From Octopus bimaculoides (Eukaryota): a stretch of 49,603 nucleotides of DNA. The stretch is from the NCBI RefSeq assembly GCF_001194135.2, contig NC_068985.1, forward strand, positions 1,465,230 through 1,514,832, read 5' to 3'. Each line of letters opens with the position of its first letter. The stretch's first letter is position 1. Shown piece after piece: positions 48,401-49,603 of the stretch. The notes under the pieces were generated by a model. The model was given only the letters and a program-made list of their open reading frames with translations. It ran no database searches and was not told the DNA's origin. A program made the position numbers and the translations under genes.

Positions 48401-48695
48401 TGGCCTAGTGGTTAAAGTGTTGCACACACACACAATTGCGAAATTGCAGTTTCAATTTCTAGACTGGGTAGTGCATTTTGTTCTTGGGCAAAACATTTCA
48501 TCTCGCGTTGTCTTGTGATCATTTCGACCCCTGACACATGGCACACTGTGCCCCTGTTCAGGCAACATCGATTTGATGGAGTGAGTGACATAGTGCGTGG
48601 CACAAGCGTTTGATCACTATAAACAAATCATTTGTTCAAGTCATTCGGCAAAATGCTGAGCAAACATACGCCATCTTCAATGGGAGAGTACCTCA
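48401..48695 (+). mobile_element. tRNA-headed SINE, family D-like head with a different tail
   Basis: TGGCCTAGTGGTTAAAGTGTTGCAC head; TTCTTGGGCAAAACATTTCATCTCGCGTTG partial central domain. Confidence 0.65.
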
Positions 48696-48744
48696 TCATC
48701 CTCATCATCATCTTTAGTATCATTATTATTATTATCATTATTAT

Positions 48745-49075
48745 TCTGAAAGACTGTCGGATAGTTCTTAATTACCGGTTGTTCTTTACTTGAAAGCAGG
48801 CAATAACAAATCACCTTCTCTTGTGACTCAAAGAGACGATACTCTCCTTAGAATGCGTGATGTACCCAACAATGCTGTCTTCTGGATCATCTCGAGCCTG
48901 ACAGCGACTCCAATATTCTTAATATGTTTTTCAAAGCCCTTAGAAACTGCCCCTAATGCTCCAATTATCACCGGTTTCGCCATTACTTTCCTCATGCCCA
49001 TAACTTTCCTACCTCATCCCGCAGTGGCTGGTATTTCTCAATCATTTCTGTTTCCTTACATTTCACCCTTATTAT
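48745..49075 (-). mobile_element. R4/Dong-type retrotransposon 3' fragment 4, flanked by (TTA)n
   Basis: Minus strand: KETEMIEKYQPLRDEVGKLW / MRKVMAKPVIIGALGAVSKGFEKHIKNIG...IQKTALLGTSRILRRVSSL* (stop 48828-48830). Confidence 0.9.
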
Positions 49076-49099
49076 TATTATTATCATCATCATAATCAT

Positions 49100-49165
49100 C
49101 ATCGTAGAAGACACTCACTCAAGGTACCATGAAGTGGGACTGAACCCAGATCCATGGAGTTGGAA
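49100..49165 (-). mobile_element. Short SINE family A fragment
   Basis: GTAGAAGACACT...CAAGGTACCATGAAGTGGGACTGAACCCAGATCCATG. Confidence 0.6.
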
Positions 49166-49299
49166 AGCAAAATTCTTGTACGGCAGGCTCAAGATGGAAA
49201 TCAGTAAAAAGCAGAAAACTAGTGAGATCAGTGAAAGAATGATAAATCCAGACAAAAGGATAAAGTACGAAGCCAGAAGCAGCTCCCATCTCAATACAC

Positions 49300-49470
49300 G
49301 AAATTCATGACCAAATAGTATTACCAACAGCTGGAAGTGGTCAGTGTCCTGATCCTGCCCGGGTGGGGACTTCTCCACCCCTTTGTCAATTGGTTGCTCT
49401 AAGTTGCTTTATAAATTTTTAACTTGTCTTTATATCTTGAGCTACATTTTTGCTCCACCTACCATGTATA
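49300..49470 (-). repeat. Unclassified dispersed repeat, copy 2 (see 12731-12887)
   Basis: Reverse complement aligns to copy 1 with one indel of about 13 bp. Confidence 0.85.
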
Positions 49471-49501
49471 TATCATATACATACACATATATATATGTGT
49501 G

Positions 49502-49547
<46 letters not shown>

Positions 49548-49603
49548 CAATGTTAATTCTCTAAATGAAGTATTAACAGTAACTGCACGATAAAGTGTAG
49601 TAT

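Noticed and set aside
48790-49095. 101-aa plus-strand ORF (similarly 38174-38401 and 38658-39101 on the minus strand)
   Set aside because: Antisense frames of RLE retrotransposon fragments.

Overview
AT-rich, repeat-dense animal genomic DNA with eight N-gaps. The SINE families and microsatellite load look like a coleoid cephalopod, probably Octopus (inferred from repeat recognition, no search run). No host protein-coding gene, rRNA, genuine tRNA or CRISPR array can be supported, and most ORFs in the track are microsatellite or N-gap artefacts. The window is dominated by four tRNA-derived or RTE-tail-like SINE-type families. It also holds at least five R4/Dong-type RLE retrotransposon fragments (three stacked in one (TAA)n tract), a CRE-clade fragment, two Penelope-like (PLE) fragments, a mariner deletion derivative and several foldback elements. 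The strongest observation is a short non-autonomous element with a tRNA-like Pol III head, a (TAA)n spacer and a tail whose three-copy consensus is a complete minimal type I hammerhead ribozyme. One copy follows a Penelope GIY-YIG remnant and another has a PLE-style inverted 5' copy, suggesting a ribozyme-bearing SINE mobilised by PLEs. SINE boundaries are approximate (about +/-20 bp).
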